Part shown: positions 19,323-28,351 of the stretch, piece after piece
Layout: each line of letters begins with the position of its first letter
Numbering within the stretch: position 1 is the first letter of the stretch
Origin: an uncultured bacterium
Lineage (GTDB): Bacteria; Patescibacteriota; Minisyncoccia; Phycocordibacterales; UBA9973
DNA length: 64,000 nt
Direction: 5' to 3'
NCBI GenBank assembly: GCA_903838985.1
Contig: CAIMAO010000002.1
Location: 1,844 to 65,843 of the forward strand
Notes under the pieces: generated by a model
Seen by the model: only the letters and a program-made list of their open reading frames with translations
Databases searched by the model: none
Told to the model about the DNA's origin: nothing
Made by a program: the position numbers and the translations under genes

Positions 19323-21455
19323 TTAAATATAAATTGTTTTTATTCCACCCTTCTCTCCTTCCTTTTCTATTATATCAACTGGTATGTCTCCAATGAAATC
19401 AGATAGTGCATTTATCTGTCGTGAGCCAAAGATGGTGCGGAAATTTGCAAAAGATAAAAATAATTTTTCTTTTGCGCGAGTGAGCGCAACGTAAAAAAGT
19501 CTTCGTTCTTCTTCTTTGTCTTCACCACTTTTTGCTTCATTTGATTTTTGATGAGGAAAGAGTCCATCTTCGAGTCCTGTGATAAAAACGTATTTAAATT
19601 CCAGACCTTTTGAAGCGTGAACTGTCATAAGCTTTACAGCATTTGTTTCATTTTTTTTATTTTCTGTAATCATTATTGAATCTTGGTCTGAAGCGAGTGA
19701 TGCATCTTCTAAAAGTTTTTCTATGCCCATTCCATTTTCCAAATTGTCATATTTTAAGGCCAAAGTTGCCAATTCCTTAATGTTTTCAAGCCTTTCTAGG
19801 TCTTCTTCCCCACCAGACAAAAGCTCTGTTTCTATGCCAGATTTTTTAACTGTAAATTTTATTACTTCAGACGCTTTTCCATTTTCTATTTTTTCTTTTA
19901 TTTCTTCTAACGTTTTATAAAAATTATCAACTTTGATTCTTACTTTTATTGGTAGACTTTCTTTTTCACCAGCAAAAATTTTTACAAGGGTCACTTTTCC
20001 TATTCCCCTTGTGGGGAAATTTATTATTCTTTTTATATCAGAAAGACTTTCAGGATTAAGTGCAGCACGAAGATACGCGAGTGTATCTTTTATTTCTTTT
20101 CTTTCAAAAAATTTTACACCAAGCACTTGATATGGGATGTTATATCTTAACATTGCTTCTTCTAACGCACGAGATTGAAAATTTGCTCGATACAAAATTG
20201 CTATGTCAGACAAAATATTTTTGGGTTCTTTTGCAAAACTAGTGATGCTTTTTCGAGCTGGTCTGGTTGAGCCCTTCGGACTTAATGAGGGCGACCCGAG
20301 GACCCGAGAAAAAGCATCGCTAGCTTTGCTATCTTGAAGCTCTAAAATTTTTATTGCGACGAAATCTGCTTCATCTCCCTCATCTAGCGCCTCATAGAAA
20401 CCGATTTTCTCCCCTACTCCATTTTTAGTAAACAAATTTTTATCTGGCCTATATTTGTTTTTCTTTATTATTTCATTTGCTGCCTCTAATATGTTTTGTG
20501 TTGATCTATAATTTTCTTCAAGTAAAACTATTTTTGCATTTGGGTAATCTTTTTCAAAACTTAAAATATTTTTTAAGTTTGCCCCACGCCAAGAATATAT
20601 ATTTTGATCCGCATCACCCACGACACAGATATTTTTATTTTTTTCAGAAAGCAAACGTGACATTAAATATTGTACTTCGTTCGTATCCTGATACTCATCA
20701 ATATGAATATATTGCCATTTATCTTGATACATTTCTCTTATTTCCTTGTTTTCCTTTAATAGTTTTGTTGCTTTTAAAAGTAAGTCGTCAAAATCTAATG
20801 AATTTTCTTTCATTTTTTTCTTTTCATAAATACTCCAAACTTGAGCCACTATTTTATTTAGATAGTTTCCACTACCACTTGGGCCATTGGCAATCTCTTC
20901 ATAATCTGCAAGATGTGTAAATTTACCTTTTTCTCGGCTGATTATATTTTTTATTTTTTTAGGATCATACTGTTTTGGGTCAACTCCTATTTCTTTTAAA
21001 GCTTCTTTTATAAGGGTTGTAGAGTCTGACTCATCTAAAATAGTGAAATGTCTAGTCAAACCCAATATTCTCGCATTTTCCTTTATAATATATACTCCCA
21101 ACGAGTGAAAAGTGCTAACAAACGGATGGCTGTTTACTTCGTTGGTAATGCTTTTTTGAATGGTCTGGCCGGGATAGGGACCCGGAGAACCGAGGACCTG
21201 AGAAAAAGCATTACCAACGAAGTTTACTTTTATTGCTTCCCTAATCCTCTCTTGCATTTCCTTTGCTGCTTTGTTTGTGAAAGTCACAGCTAAAATTTTC
21301 TCTGGAGCGACGCCATTTTTTATTAAATTTAGTATTCTATGTGTGATTGTTTTGGTCTTTCCTGCTCCAGCTCCTGCAACGATAAGAAGCGGCCCTTCCA
21401 TATGAATAGCCGCTTCTCTCTGTTTTTCATTTAGTCCTGACAGATGGTCTTCCAT
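19323..21455 (-). CDS. pcrA: ATP-dependent DNA helicase PcrA/UvrD (superfamily 1)
   Basis: 710 aa. Walker A AGAGAGKTKT. UvrD-family helicase motifs throughout. Carries two in-frame GC-rich element insertions. Confidence 0.9.
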   Translation of the reverse strand: MEDHLSGLNEKQREAAIHMEGPLLIVAGAGAGKTKTITHRILNLIKNGVAPEKILAVTFTNKAAKEMQERIREAIKVNFVGNAFSQVLGSPGPYPGQTIQKSITNEVNSHPFVSTFHSLGVYIIKENARILGLTRHFTILDESDSTTLIKEALKEIGVDPKQYDPKKIKNIISREKGKFTHLADYEEIANGPSGSGNYLNKIVAQVWSIYEKKKMKENSLDFDDLLLKATKLLKENKEIREMYQDKWQYIHIDEYQDTNEVQYLMSRLLSEKNKNICVVGDADQNIYSWRGANLKNILSFEKDYPNAKIVLLEENYRSTQNILEAANEIIKKNKYRPDKNLFTKNGVGEKIGFYEALDEGDEADFVAIKILELQDSKASDAFSRVLGSPSLSPKGSTRPARKSITSFAKEPKNILSDIAILYRANFQSRALEEAMLRYNIPYQVLGVKFFERKEIKDTLAYLRAALNPESLSDIKRIINFPTRGIGKVTLVKIFAGEKESLPIKVRIKVDNFYKTLEEIKEKIENGKASEVIKFTVKKSGIETELLSGGEEDLERLENIKELATLALKYDNLENGMGIEKLLEDASLASDQDSIMITENKKNETNAVKLMTVHASKGLEFKYVFITGLEDGLFPHQKSNEAKSGEDKEEERRLFYVALTRAKEKLFLSFANFRTIFGSRQINALSDFIGDIPVDIIEKEGEKGGIKTIYI
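20233..20329. repeat. GC-rich palindromic element (family 3), copy in pcrA, flanked by a 22-bp locus-specific inverted repeat
   Basis: Flanks gcaaaactagtgatgctttttc / gaaaaagcatcgctagctttgc. Core ggtctggttgagccc...gggcgacccgaggaccc. Encodes ...FSRVLGSPSLSPKGSTRPARKSITSF... in frame. Confidence 0.8.
21137..21222. repeat. GC-rich palindromic element (family 3), second copy in pcrA
   Basis: Flanks cttcgttggtaatgctttttt / gaaaaagcattaccaacgaag. Core gaatggtctggccgggatagggacccggagaaccgaggacctga. Encodes FVGNAF-SQVLGSPGPYPGQTIQ-KSITNE in frame. Confidence 0.8.
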
Positions 21456-21480
21456 CCATCAAATATAACACAGAATTCTT

Positions 21481-24375
21481 TTATAGTATTAAGTTACCTA
21501 ATAGGTTATTTTTTGCTGCGTCTAATAACGCTCTATCTATAAATTCTATATTTGTTTCTCCAAGACTAACAGGTGTTGGAGGTATCGGAGATAATTTTGT
21601 CACTTCTTGTATCTTGGTCATATAATCATATAAAGGTTGATCCATTGGAATTACTGGGTCAACTTTGACATTCTGAGTTAGAAAATCATGAGCATTGCCT
21701 TGATTAAGAACAGAATTAAATTCGTGTGCTGTTTCTATTCTTTCAGCAAAATCTGGGTTTAGTTTATTAAGTTGATCTTGCATAAAAGCTAAGTTGTGAC
21801 TTTGTAGATCATGCACGGCTTGGAGTTTTTCTATTGGTAAGTTATATGAAGCATTAACTTTTGCAATTATTGGATTGTTACTGAGCCATTCTTTATCTGC
21901 TGCATCATATGGTTTTGTTATATTATTATCTATTATTCCAGATTTTATTGATGCTTTTTCTGAAGCAGCATTTACTAACTCACTTTGATTAGCACCACTT
22001 ACATTACCTGTTCCTTTAATGTTTGCATTATCTATCAAGTTTGCATGGTCACTAGTTTCGGGTGTGTTTTCTAAGGCTGATGTGTAATGATGGATAGCTG
22101 GTTTATTATGTGCATATTCATAAACACTATTAAATCCACCAGATCCAGATTGTTTTCCTTCAAACATCTCTTGCACTTTTATATTTCCTGATCCTGGTGA
22201 ATCTGTTTCAAGTACATAAGCAGCGTTACCTTCTGTACCAGGAGCTCCCGTATCTTTCACCCATGTTTCTGTACCATCTGCTTTTATGTAACCATTTTCC
22301 CTTGCAATAATATCAGCTTTATGGCCTGACCATTCGTGAACTGCTGTTTTGTTTGTGAGATCTCCTTTGAATCCAAATTTATCTGGGTGCATTTCAAGTT
22401 GTCTTCTGAAAGCTCCTTCTATTCCTCTCTGGTCAACTGTAGCCGCTTTTAGATCATCTGGGTTCACTGATGGACCAGTTGGTTTTACGGGTTCTATAAT
22501 TCCAGGCCCCTTAGGTCCATTTCCTTCCCCAGGAATAGCTCCTCCACCACCTTTGTGTGGTGTTTCTGGATTCAAAATTCCTCCTCCATGTGGAAAGATT
22601 CCAAGCATGGTTGGGCCAGCAACCCAATCAGTCATCATTTGAGCACCTTTTCCGGCAAGAAGACCTGCTACAACAGTGCCAAGAACGTTGTTCGCTATAA
22701 AGTATTTTTTATTTCTACGAATTTTATCTGCATATTTGTCGCATAATTCAATATTTTTATCAGCAATTTTTTGAAGAATTTTTTCTTTTTCAGTTGGGTC
22801 GGTTTCCCCCCTAGCAAGTTGTAAAAGATGTGTCATTTCTTCAGAATTTAAAGCTTCATTTTGTTGTTCTTGTGTTGTACGTGCGCTATCTTTTTCATAG
22901 GCTCTTCTCGCCAATGGTTGGATAATTTTCTTTGAAATTTGGTATCCCAAGACACCTCCACCAAGACTGCGTATCATCTTATATCCAATAAATGCTGCAC
23001 CACTAGCCGCCGCCGCCACGGCAGCTGGAAGCAAGAAAGCAGTAGTACCTCCTACCATTGCAGCACCCAGAGCCCATTTGGTTCCTCTTCCCATTTTTGC
23101 ATACCCTTGAAAGATCTTACTTTCTATCCCTCTTTTAAAGATATTTTTAACATGATCCCATCCTGTTGGATTTACAGCATGAGAAGTAGAGACCTTTGCA
23201 TCTTGATAACGAATTGATTCTGTTTGTATCATTGAGAGTGCAAAAAGTTCGGCATCTTGAACTTTTTCTTTGAAGTCATCGTGATCACGAAACTGTTCTA
23301 TGTTTTTTAGTTGATTTTCTAGATTTGCAACTTTGAGTTCACGAAGTAGTGGATGATAAGCATTATCTATCAGTCTTATCTCTTTTTCTATGTCTTTAAC
23401 TTGTTGATCATATTTTGCTTTAACTGTAGAAATATCTGCATTTGGGTTGTCTCGTGCATCTTTGTATTCTTGTTTGATTCTAGCTACTCTATCTTTCAAA
23501 GAAAACATCTCATTTCTTTTTCCAGATACGTTTACAGCTGCGGCGATTTCTCTGTCAGAATGTTTTTGTTTTAGTTCAAGAAGCGCTCTTTCTTGAGCCA
23601 CTTTTTGTTCTTCTGGAGTTTTATTAAAATAAGCAGCTGGATTATATTTACAGAAAATTTCTGCAGCATTTAAAAGTTGTTCACGTGAATATTGCTCTTT
23701 ACTTTCTTTAGTTTCATTTTTAACAATTGCGTTTGTTGTAGGAATAGCATTTTTTTGAATACTCTGAACAGGATTTTTTTCTTTTTCTTCTTCTTTAACG
23801 ATAGGCTTTACTTCTTCTTGTTTTTCTTGAGATGGTACTCTTTTTGCCATTTCTTCTTTTATTTCAGCATCACTCAATCCCATCTTTTTAAGTTCTTCTA
23901 TAAGTTTTTCATTTTCCTTACTAAGATTGTTAAGTTTCTCATCAAGAATTCCTAATTCAGCTTTAGTTTCTTTTATCTCTTTCATCACATCTTCTATTTT
24001 TTTTGCTTTAACATCTTCTCCAACATCCTTCTTTTCTGGTGCATCTTTTTTTTTCCAAGCAATATTACCCTCACTTGCTAATTCTTGAGATGTTTTTAGT
24101 TTACCCTGTGATTCGTTTGTTAATTCTAAGCTCTTTTCAAGTTCCATAATTTCTTTTTCAATTAGGCTTTTATCTCCTACATAATCAGTACTTTTAAAAG
24201 ATTTTTCTAATTCAGCAATTCTCTGACGTATATCACTCGTTTTTATGTTTTCCTGTTTTTCTTTATTATCTAATGGTTTGGATCCATAAACAATTCCCTG
24301 TTTGTCTTTGTCTGTTATTTTATAATATTCTGAAAAAGTTTCTATCTTGCCTCCTGTATTTTTTGAGTCTTCCAT
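21481..24375 (-). CDS. Large coiled-coil membrane protein (964 aa)
   Basis: The N-terminal ~400 aa are K/E-rich coiled coil. A TM segment follows (...GAAMVGGTTAFLLPAAVAAAASGAAFIGY...), then a Gly/Pro-rich linker and a C-terminal extracytoplasmic domain. No confident family assignment. Confidence 0.5.
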   Translation of the reverse strand: MEDSKNTGGKIETFSEYYKITDKDKQGIVYGSKPLDNKEKQENIKTSDIRQRIAELEKSFKSTDYVGDKSLIEKEIMELEKSLELTNESQGKLKTSQELASEGNIAWKKKDAPEKKDVGEDVKAKKIEDVMKEIKETKAELGILDEKLNNLSKENEKLIEELKKMGLSDAEIKEEMAKRVPSQEKQEEVKPIVKEEEKEKNPVQSIQKNAIPTTNAIVKNETKESKEQYSREQLLNAAEIFCKYNPAAYFNKTPEEQKVAQERALLELKQKHSDREIAAAVNVSGKRNEMFSLKDRVARIKQEYKDARDNPNADISTVKAKYDQQVKDIEKEIRLIDNAYHPLLRELKVANLENQLKNIEQFRDHDDFKEKVQDAELFALSMIQTESIRYQDAKVSTSHAVNPTGWDHVKNIFKRGIESKIFQGYAKMGRGTKWALGAAMVGGTTAFLLPAAVAAAASGAAFIGYKMIRSLGGGVLGYQISKKIIQPLARRAYEKDSARTTQEQQNEALNSEEMTHLLQLARGETDPTEKEKILQKIADKNIELCDKYADKIRRNKKYFIANNVLGTVVAGLLAGKGAQMMTDWVAGPTMLGIFPHGGGILNPETPHKGGGGAIPGEGNGPKGPGIIEPVKPTGPSVNPDDLKAATVDQRGIEGAFRRQLEMHPDKFGFKGDLTNKTAVHEWSGHKADIIARENGYIKADGTETWVKDTGAPGTEGNAAYVLETDSPGSGNIKVQEMFEGKQSGSGGFNSVYEYAHNKPAIHHYTSALENTPETSDHANLIDNANIKGTGNVSGANQSELVNAASEKASIKSGIIDNNITKPYDAADKEWLSNNPIIAKVNASYNLPIEKLQAVHDLQSHNLAFMQDQLNKLNPDFAERIETAHEFNSVLNQGNAHDFLTQNVKVDPVIPMDQPLYDYMTKIQEVTKLSPIPPTPVSLGETNIEFIDRALLDAAKNNLLGNLIL

Positions 24376-24391
24376 AAAATTTTATAATTAT

Positions 24392-24700
24392 TTACTTTGC
24401 TAAAAGTAATGATTTATAGGTTGCAACCTCTTCTTTTACGAGGTCTTCATAGTTTGGGATTTCCTTTTTTATAAAGCTTGATATTGCTTCTGTATTTTCT
24501 GGATCATTTTTTAGCATTTCTGAAAGTTCTGTTTGTTTATCGTCACTCAAACTTTCCATTATTCTAATCCAGACACCCCTCGTCGTCACATATGCTGCAT
24601 CGTCTAAGATACTTTGTTTTATTTCTGGTTCAATGTCTTCAAGGCCGAGCTCTTTAAATAAATTCATTCCTAAAAATTTTTCTATTGTTTCTTTGTCCAT
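24392..24700 (-). CDS. Small acidic hypothetical protein
   Basis: 102 aa ORF, co-directional and tightly spaced with its neighbours. Confidence 0.4.
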   Translation of the reverse strand: MDKETIEKFLGMNLFKELGLEDIEPEIKQSILDDAAYVTTRGVWIRIMESLSDDKQTELSEMLKNDPENTEAISSFIKKEIPNYEDLVKEEVATYKSLLLAK

Positions 24701-24767
24701 GATTTTTATGTTTAAAAGTTAATTTTTAATAATTTTATTATGCTACTTTTATAAAAAATACGCAATT

Positions 24768-25832
24768 TTAGATATTTTTTAAGTCTTTTTCTAATAGATC
24801 TATTTTGTTTGTTAATTTCCCTTTTTCTATATTAATTTTGTTTGTTTCTTCTATGTTTGATCTTAATTTAGCAAGCGTCTCAGCTATCATTTTTTGTCTT
24901 TCTGCCTCGCTTATAACTTCTTTTTTTTCAATTCCACCCATCTTTTCCTCTATTTTTTCTGTTAGGTTTTTTATAGCTTCATCTGTACTTGTTTGTGGGC
25001 TGGTAGTAATTATCTTTTCTTCTTGTTGTGTAGTTGGTGTTTCTTTTTGGGGGATTGTTTCTATGACTTCTTCTGTCTTTTCATTAGAAGAACCACTTAA
25101 TGCTCTTCCTATCATCTCTTTTGCTTCTTCATCGCTTATTGTGTTTTCTGGTTGGACTGGCTGTGAAGTGTTTTCATTTACTTTTTCTTCAACCTTATCT
25201 AGTTGTTTTTCAGCAGCTTCTTCAGTTTTTCTTCCAAAATCCCAATCAGTAGAATCTTGTTCTTTGGGTGTATTTCCGAAATCCCATGAAGTATTTACCC
25301 CTTCTTCATTTTTTGGATTATATGTTTTAGCTTCCTCTTGTTCGTTTTTTTGTTCTGTTTGTGTTTCTTCTCTAGGTGTTTCTGTTTTACTTTCATTAAA
25401 CTTTTTTAATACTTCTTCTAGGTATGGTTTTGCTTTTTCCTCTAACAAAGCGACCCCTTCTTTGTAAGTTAACTTTGATCCCTCTATTGTGTTGAAATCA
25501 AGAGAAGTCACTGTGTATCTATCGTTAGCTTGCAACACCATTTGAAAACCATTTATAGAAAACATCGGAATATATCCAATTGTCTGATTTTTTTCTTCGT
25601 GAACAGGGAAGATAATACCTTTTCTTTTTTCTATTGTTCCAAAAGCATTGTCTATTTCTTCTAATGTGGAATTGTCTATTTCTTTATCAAGAGCATTTTT
25701 TAAAACTCTTTTGTCTACATTTCCAATCAAAAACCATTTGAAAGGGTTTTTCTTCTTATCTAATTCTAGCTGAAGTTTAGCTAGTTGCTCTTTTTTTTGG
25801 TTTATTAATAATGTTGTATTTTCGTTTTCCAT
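24768..25832 (-). CDS. Hypothetical E/K-rich protein
   Basis: 354 aa ORF with charged low complexity. The large antisense ORF 24805..25467 is likely a shadow of it. Confidence 0.45.
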   Translation of the reverse strand: MENENTTLLINQKKEQLAKLQLELDKKKNPFKWFLIGNVDKRVLKNALDKEIDNSTLEEIDNAFGTIEKRKGIIFPVHEEKNQTIGYIPMFSINGFQMVLQANDRYTVTSLDFNTIEGSKLTYKEGVALLEEKAKPYLEEVLKKFNESKTETPREETQTEQKNEQEEAKTYNPKNEEGVNTSWDFGNTPKEQDSTDWDFGRKTEEAAEKQLDKVEEKVNENTSQPVQPENTISDEEAKEMIGRALSGSSNEKTEEVIETIPQKETPTTQQEEKIITTSPQTSTDEAIKNLTEKIEEKMGGIEKKEVISEAERQKMIAETLAKLRSNIEETNKINIEKGKLTNKIDLLEKDLKNI

Positions 25833-25887
25833 ATTAATCTTTTGTTATTATAAATTATACAATATTTGATAATCTTAAACAAAGCTT

Positions 25888-27978
25888 TTATATTTTTACA
25901 GAATACAAGGCTTGCTCTTTTTGTTCCTTTGATACGTCAAAGTTGTTGAGAATTTGTTCTGCTGCAAGTATTGAAGCTTGTTGATCTCTAGTTAACCTAT
26001 ATGTATCTTGATATGCAAGGGATCCAAGTAACTTACTTGCACTGTCTGTGATCTTAGTTTCTCCAATATCTTTAGCATAGAATTTTTTTTGAATTAGTTT
26101 CTTTATCTGTTCCCAGACTTTATCATCAAGGTCTGTTTTTATTGGAACATTTTTTTCTGTTGGGTGTTTTTTAATATAATTATCACGAATTATTTTATGG
26201 GTTGTAATGTTTTCTAAAGAAATTTTATATTTTTCTATTCTTGGATGAATAAATTCAAGCATGCTTTCAAGTTGTGCAGTGGTAAATTGATGATTATTTC
26301 TTGAATCCCCTTCCATTTCTATGCCAATAGAAAAGTAATTTACTTTATTCTTGTCATTAAAATCACTTTTACCTGCATGCCCTAAAACATAATTATCGTT
26401 ATTAAACAAATGTCTTGTTCCATCTTTTAATATTAAAACATGAGAAGATCTTCCTGTGGTTGTATCTTCAAATTCCTTAATAATTTGATTTGGATCTCCA
26501 TAGTTTCCAGTATGGTGTAAGACTATTACTGATTTTTCATTTACAGCCGGTTTTTTTGTTATAGAGTCCAAGGTATAATTTGGTGTGTAATGTTCAAACT
26601 CCTTGTATTTATTTTTGTATTCATAAGGTGAAATACGTCCATTATTAATGAGGACTAGTGCTATACCACCATCAGGATTACGTCTTAAATGTTCTGCTAT
26701 CTGTTTTTCTGTTAAAATATTATCCTTGTTTTTGTTCCACATTGGAAGATTGTATGATCCATTGTCGAGAAGATATACTGTTATTTCTGTACCCTTATTT
26801 TCTTTTTGTAATCTTTCATATATTTTAAATATATCAGCGAAACTTCCATTTACTTGTAGCTGTTTATTGCCACAAACCATAATTACTTTTCCACCCTCTA
26901 GTGTACCAAAATGAGTGCATTCATTGGGTTTAATTTTTGTTATGTTCTTGTTGTAGGTTACTCCTATTGGGAAAGGTATTTGTTGACCTTTCTCATTTGT
27001 TGTAAGTGGCACCATCCTCATTGCCTGATCATGATAAGCTAGATTGATTGTTCCATCAGGATTTAATTTAAAATTGAGTGGAATTTCATAAGTTTCTGAC
27101 ACAAGCCAATTATCATCAAAATCTTTATAGTGTCCGGCTTTTATTGTTCTTGTTAGCTTGTTGTATCCTATTACTGGTATGTCTCCTATTTTTTCTTGTG
27201 TTCTTTCTGTGTGTCCTTTTAATTCTGTTTTAAAATCAGAGAATTTTTGGAATTTTTTAAATAAATTTGTTGTAATCCCAGCTGCGGAATCAATTTTGGT
27301 GTAGTTTTCTCTGTCATTTATTATTTTAAATTGAGGTGGAGTTTTGTCAGATAAATCAAAAACGGAAGTGCAATAATATCCAGATTTATAATCAATTTTT
27401 TGTTCACCCAAGAAGTCGTAAGTAGTTCTTTCTCCATTTATTATTTCTTTGTATATTGAATCGATTCCTACTATATTAGGATCATCAGTATCTATCTTTT
27501 CAATATGTCTTTCTTTCCAGTTGTTAAACATATCTATATATTTTTGAGGTGTAGCCACATAAGATAAAACTAAAAAAGATGCTACACCAACAGGCAAGTA
27601 AATATATTTAGCCATTTTCTTTTCCAGTTTAGTTTTTGCTTTTTTTATATATTTTTTTAAAAAAAGAACTGAAGGATTATTTTTATTTTCTTTTTCTGGT
27701 ATTTCTTCTATTTTTTCTTCAAATATTTTAGTATTCTCTTCTTCTATATTTTCAATGTTTTCTGATACTAATTCTTCTATATTTTCAATATCTTTTTCTA
27801 TTGTTCCACTGATAATTTCTTTTTGTTCAGCAGCTTTCTGTTTTTCTATCTCTTCAAGTTGAGCTATCTCTTTTATAAGTTCATCCATTTCTTTCTCTAA
27901 TCTTGCAATTTCAATCTCTTCTTCAGTTTTAGCTGAGGACTCTATTGTTCCTAAATTAGGTATATTTTCTTGCTTCAT
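25888..27978 (-). CDS. Membrane-anchored protein with C-terminal N-acetylmuramoyl-L-alanine amidase (Amidase_2/PGRP) domain
   Basis: 696 aa. N-terminal coiled coil, TM helix (YIYLPVGVASFLVLSYVA). C-terminal ...VIVLHHTGNYGD...VLGHAGKSDF...FSIGIEMEG...TTAQLESM... matches the Amidase_2 zinc-amidase pattern. Confidence 0.6.
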   Translation of the reverse strand: MKQENIPNLGTIESSAKTEEEIEIARLEKEMDELIKEIAQLEEIEKQKAAEQKEIISGTIEKDIENIEELVSENIENIEEENTKIFEEKIEEIPEKENKNNPSVLFLKKYIKKAKTKLEKKMAKYIYLPVGVASFLVLSYVATPQKYIDMFNNWKERHIEKIDTDDPNIVGIDSIYKEIINGERTTYDFLGEQKIDYKSGYYCTSVFDLSDKTPPQFKIINDRENYTKIDSAAGITTNLFKKFQKFSDFKTELKGHTERTQEKIGDIPVIGYNKLTRTIKAGHYKDFDDNWLVSETYEIPLNFKLNPDGTINLAYHDQAMRMVPLTTNEKGQQIPFPIGVTYNKNITKIKPNECTHFGTLEGGKVIMVCGNKQLQVNGSFADIFKIYERLQKENKGTEITVYLLDNGSYNLPMWNKNKDNILTEKQIAEHLRRNPDGGIALVLINNGRISPYEYKNKYKEFEHYTPNYTLDSITKKPAVNEKSVIVLHHTGNYGDPNQIIKEFEDTTTGRSSHVLILKDGTRHLFNNDNYVLGHAGKSDFNDKNKVNYFSIGIEMEGDSRNNHQFTTAQLESMLEFIHPRIEKYKISLENITTHKIIRDNYIKKHPTEKNVPIKTDLDDKVWEQIKKLIQKKFYAKDIGETKITDSASKLLGSLAYQDTYRLTRDQQASILAAEQILNNFDVSKEQKEQALYSVKI

Positions 27979-28351
27979 GTTGTTTTTTATTATAAAACCT
28001 CTAGCTTTTAATTCCTAATTTTTAGGTGGAAATTAAGGAAAATACCTACATATTATATAATCTTTAAAGCATTTGTCAACTTAGTTTTCCACACTTAAGG
28101 TGGACTTGAGCCATGAAGTGAGCTACCCTTAATATAGTGCTGAACAGAAGTATGGAATAAACTGGCTGATTTACAGAAAAGATAGTAACCATCGTGAGAA
28201 CCTTATCCGCTATATTGCGGTACAGTACAATTTAGGTCGTCCTGTGTTTCACCCTTATTTTAAAAGGGTAAAAAAGGAAATCTCTCGATAATTAATTTGT
28301 TTTATAAAACCTCAATTTAAAATATTCAGTTCTATTCTGACGTTTTCCCTA

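Noticed and set aside
20233-21222. GC-rich in-frame segments interpreted as inteins or self-splicing introns
   Set aside because: They are far too short (about 50–70 bp of insert) for inteins or group I/II introns. They lack intein splice-junction residues and maintain the reading frame, consistent with RPE-like coding insertions.
24805-25467. 220-aa plus-strand ORF, and many other 60–180 aa antisense ORFs (for example 2596..2889, 10658..11032, 16345..16884, 32003..32350, 50636..50986, 51140..51523)
   Set aside because: They lie entirely inside longer, well-supported genes on the opposite strand. They have low-complexity or hydrophobic compositions typical of shadow ORFs in AT-rich DNA.
28040-28345. 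Cyclic-di-AMP (ydaO-type) riboswitch upstream of the cell-wall hydrolase gene
   Set aside because: The conserved GGGGA / CCGGGG / GUGAACC elements of the ydaO motif are not recognisable.
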